Source: Octopus sinensis
Taxonomy: Eukaryota
Length of the DNA stretch: 6,592 nucleotides
Assembly: GCF_006345805.1 (NCBI RefSeq)
Contig: NW_021829292.1
Span: 1-6,592, forward strand
Reading direction: 5' to 3'
Of this stretch, positions 6,109 through 6,592 are shown in pieces. The translations under genes and the position numbers were made by a program. How positions within the stretch are numbered: position 1 is the stretch's first letter; every line of letters begins with the position of its first letter. The notes beneath the pieces are model-generated. The model did no database searches. It saw nothing but the letters and a program-made list of their open reading frames with translations, and was not told the DNA's origin.

Positions 6109-6438
6109 TTAAAAGACTCCGCTGGTTACGACGACGAGGGTCCCAGCTGATACGATCAACGGAACAGCTTGCTTGTGAAATTAACGTGCAAATGGCTGAG
6201 CATTCCACAGACACGTGTACCCTTAACGTAGTTCTCGGGGATAATCAGCGTGACACAGAGAGTGACAAGACTGACCCTTTGAAATACAAGTACAACTCAT
6301 TTTTGCCAGCTGAGTGGACTGGAGCAACGTGAAATAAAGTGTCTTGCTCAAGGACACAACGCGTCGCTGGGAATCGAACTCACAACCTTACGATCATGAG
6401 CCGAATGCCCTAACCACTAAGCCACGCGCCCTCACTAC
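6109..6438 (-). mobile_element. Full-length tRNA-derived SINE with 13-bp TSD
   Basis: Minus strand: ggcgcgtggcttagtggttagggcattcggctcatgatcgtaaggttgtgagttcgattccc, then a CORE/V-like ttgtgtccttgagcaagacactt...ccagtccactcagctgg (family resemblance from recall). aagtttaaattct occurs identically at 6096-6108 and 6439-6451. Confidence 0.95.
6371..6424 (-). promoter_or_regulatory. RNA polymerase III type-2 internal promoter (A and B boxes) of the SINE
   Basis: A box TGGCTTAGTGG (6424-6414) fits TRGCNNARYGG; B box GTTCGATTC (6379-6371) fits GWTCRANNC. Confidence 0.85.
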
Positions 6439-6592
6439 AAGTTTAAATTCTACCAAGGAAGACATTGCCTTTCACCCCTTCAATGTTGATGAAATAAAGA
6501 GCAGTCAAGTGCAAGGGTTGATGTAGTTAACTAGCCTCCTCCCCTAAAATTTCAGGCCTTGTGCTTATGGTAGAAAGCATTATTATTATGCT

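Larger units (their letters stand above)
5144..6587 (+). mobile_element. Old family 1 SINE (tail type 2) split into three pieces: 5144-5163, ~6045-6108, 6439-6587
   Basis: 5144-5163 matches 1181-1200 at 13/20 and all 7 mismatches are transitions. gccagaaaaaatgtttcatgatatttcttctggtttcttctaagtttaaattc continues the head. 6439-6587 resumes at the B box and continues through body and tail. Confidence 0.75.

Noticed and set aside
6355-6431. tRNA-Met-like gene (minus strand loop CTCATGA with CAT anticodon, perfect A and B boxes)
   Set aside because: The anticodon stem has a mismatch, the acceptor stem does not close convincingly, and it continues into a SINE body within a 13-bp TSD. CAT could be CpG decay of CAC.

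Overview
Eukaryotic, repeat-saturated, non-coding DNA with no intact protein-coding gene, no RNA gene and no CRISPR array. The repeat families look like those I remember from coleoid cephalopods, most likely Octopus (recall only, not a database hit). Most of the window is interspersed repeat. It holds five copies of one tRNA-derived SINE group ('family 1', two alternative tails), three copies of a second tRNA-derived SINE with a built-in microsatellite ('family 2'), and two SINE copies sharing a third tRNA head (882-1117, 6109-6438). It also holds a (GAT)n-tailed element with internal tandem modules (5416-5820), a ~540-bp unassigned element bounded by ATT tracts (3533-4071), the decayed 3' end of an R4/Dong-type RLE non-LTR retrotransposon (4193-4485, minus), a probable old hAT-like MITE (770-1441) and many microsatellites. 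Of the ORF track only 4242..4430(-) is a real protein relic; the other ORFs fall in microsatellites or repeats or have no recognisable motif. The most informative structures are a multi-level nested insertion at 5144-6587 resolved by target-site duplications, a SINE whose 17-bp TSD copied the end of a putative DNA transposon, a microsatellite-associated retroelement pair at 3471-4485, and module shuffling among the SINE families. I cannot support a claim of a wholly new biological system from this window alone.
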